Of a stretch of DNA of 64,000 nucleotides, positions 62,595-64,000 are shown one piece after another. Every line of letters begins with the position of its first letter. The stretch's first letter is position 1. The DNA is from an uncultured Actinomycetota bacterium (GTDB taxonomy: Bacteria > Actinomycetota > Actinomycetes > JAHEKZ01). The notes below the pieces were generated by a model. That model was not told where the DNA came from. It saw nothing but the letters and a program-made list of their open reading frames with translations, and ran no database searches. A program made the position numbers and the translations under genes. The stretch lies in assembly GCA_963718235.1 (NCBI GenBank), contig CAVQYR010000001.1, positions 480,001 through 544,000 of the forward strand, read 5' to 3'.

Positions 62595-63458
62595 GTGACC
62601 CTTCGACCCGTGGCCGGTCTCCCCGACCGGCTGTCCGTCGACCGGTGTCTGGTCATGGGTGTGGTCAACGTGACCCCGGACTCGTTCTCCGACGGCGGCT
62701 CCTACCTGGACGTCGACGCAGCGGTCACCCGGGGACGACACCTGGCCGCCACCGGCGCCGACCTGGTCGACGTGGGTGGGGAGTCGACCCGGCCCGGCGC
62801 GCAGCGGGTGAGTGCCGCTGAGGAGATCGCCCGTGTCGGTCCCGTCGTCGAGCAGCTCGTCGCGGGCGGCGTGCTCGTCAGCATCGACACGATGCGGGCC
62901 GAGGTGGCGCAGGCAGCCGTGGCGGCGGGGGCCGTGCTGGTCAACGATGTGAGTGGGGGTCTGGCCGACCCGCAGATGCTTGCCTTTCTCGCGACCTCCC
63001 GAACCCCGTGCGTGCTCATGCACTGGCGGGGGCACAGCGACCACATGATGGGCCGCACCGACTACCCGTCAGGAGTGGTCGCGGAGGTTCGGTCCGAGCT
63101 GCGGGCGCGACTGGACGACGCCGTCGACGCCGGTGTCGAGGTCGACCGGATCGTGCTGGACCCCGGGATCGGATTCGCCAAGGAGCCGGCCGACAACTGG
63201 CCGCTGCTGGCCGAGCTGGACGTGCTGATGGGTCTGGGGCGTCCGGTGCTGGTGGGTGCGTCGCGCAAGCGCTTCCTGGGGGTCGCCCTCGGCTCCTCGC
63301 AGGTGCCGAGGCCCGCTGAGGAACGTGACCAGGCCACCGCGGCGGTCACCGCGCTGGTGGCGGCCGCAGGCGCCTGGTGCGTGCGCGTGCACGAGGTCGC
63401 GGCCAGCCACGACGCCGTCCAGGTGGCGTCCGCGTTGCGAGGGGCGAGCCGGCGGTGA
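62595..63458 (+). CDS. folP: Dihydropteroate synthase
   Basis: VNVTPDSFSDGG, GGESTRPG, NDVSG, DPGIGF, SRKRF, RVHEV. Confidence 0.96.
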   Translation: MTLRPVAGLPDRLSVDRCLVMGVVNVTPDSFSDGGSYLDVDAAVTRGRHLAATGADLVDVGGESTRPGAQRVSAAEEIARVGPVVEQLVAGGVLVSIDTMRAEVAQAAVAAGAVLVNDVSGGLADPQMLAFLATSRTPCVLMHWRGHSDHMMGRTDYPSGVVAEVRSELRARLDDAVDAGVEVDRIVLDPGIGFAKEPADNWPLLAELDVLMGLGRPVLVGASRKRFLGVALGSSQVPRPAEERDQATAAVTALVAAAGAWCVRVHEVAASHDAVQVASALRGASRR

Positions 63459-63883
63459 GCGCTGACGCGGACGTGCAGGCGGTCGAGGCGGCCAACGCGG
63501 CCCTGTACGACGCCTTCGAGCGGGCAGACGTCGACGCCATGGCACAGGTCTGGGTCGGCGGGGCGCTGGCGTCGTCGGCGTGGTGCGTGCACCCGGGGTC
63601 GGCCCCGGTGGTGGGTCGCGACGCCGTCCTGCGGTCCTGGACCCTCCTCATGGCCAACACCGCCTACATCCAGTTCGTCCTGACCGGCGTCACGGTGCGG
63701 GTCGACGGCGACCATGCCGTGGTCACCTGTACCGAGAACGTGCTCACCGCCCACTCCGACGAGAGTGACCTCGGCGGCGGCGCGGCCGTCGCGACCAATG
63801 CGTTCCTGCGCGAGGACGGCCGATGGAGGGTGTGGCTGCACCACGCCTCGCCGATCCTGGGCAGCGAGCAGGAGGCGTCGTGA
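63455..63883 (+). CDS. NTF2/SnoaL-like family protein
   Basis: ANAALYDAFE, CVHPG, ATNAF, WLHHAS; GTG overlaps the folP stop. Confidence 0.85.
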   Translation: MSADADVQAVEAANAALYDAFERADVDAMAQVWVGGALASSAWCVHPGSAPVVGRDAVLRSWTLLMANTAYIQFVLTGVTVRVDGDHAVVTCTENVLTAHSDESDLGGGAAVATNAFLREDGRWRVWLHHASPILGSEQEAS

Positions 63884-64000
63884 CCGACCACATCGAGGTG
63901 CTGGGAATCCGCACGTTCGGCCACCACGGGGTCCTGCCCGAGGAGCGCCGAGATGGTCAGCCGTTCGTCGTCGACCTGGACGTCGAGCTCGACCTGTCGG
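63880..64000 (+). CDS. folB: Dihydroneopterin aldolase (3'-truncated by the window edge)
   Basis: MTDHIEVLGIRTFGHHGVLPEERRDGQPFVVDL. Confidence 0.9.
   Translation, partial: MTDHIEVLGIRTFGHHGVLPEERRDGQPFVVDLDVELDLS

Overview
High-GC Actinomycetota chromosomal window; scattered single-base frameshifts, including one in ftsH, suggest long-read indel errors. From left to right: (i) the end of an island, marked by a 3' fragment of tRNA-Thr(CGT) at 689-731; (ii) a heliorhodopsin and assorted metabolic genes; (iii) a ~19 kb catabolic region (12.3-31.1 kb) with a glutamine-synthetase-like ligase, two glutamyl hydrolases, three P450s (one CYP255/GcoA-like), ferredoxin and reductase, an extradiol meta-cleavage module, an amino-acid permease and a MarR regulator, whose probable 14-bp operator recurs five times; (iv) a candidate structured ncRNA with its own promoter and terminator next to DnaA-box-like repeats (37.0-37.3 kb); (v) a Rieske oxygenase/GcvT-like pair; (vi) the most striking feature, a run of ten unrelated accessory genes (44.6-51.7 kb, including rifampin ADP-ribosyltransferase arr) in which every intergenic gap carries a same-orientation short motif (AGAWCGGCAC[AT] or a close variant) within an imperfect inverted repeat, like a gene-cassette array, with no recombinase in the window; (vii) the conserved core block deoD...ppa-dacB-zincin-tilS-hpt-ftsH-folE-folP-(NTF2)-folB. 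All calls come from reading the sequence and recalling family motifs; no database search was run.
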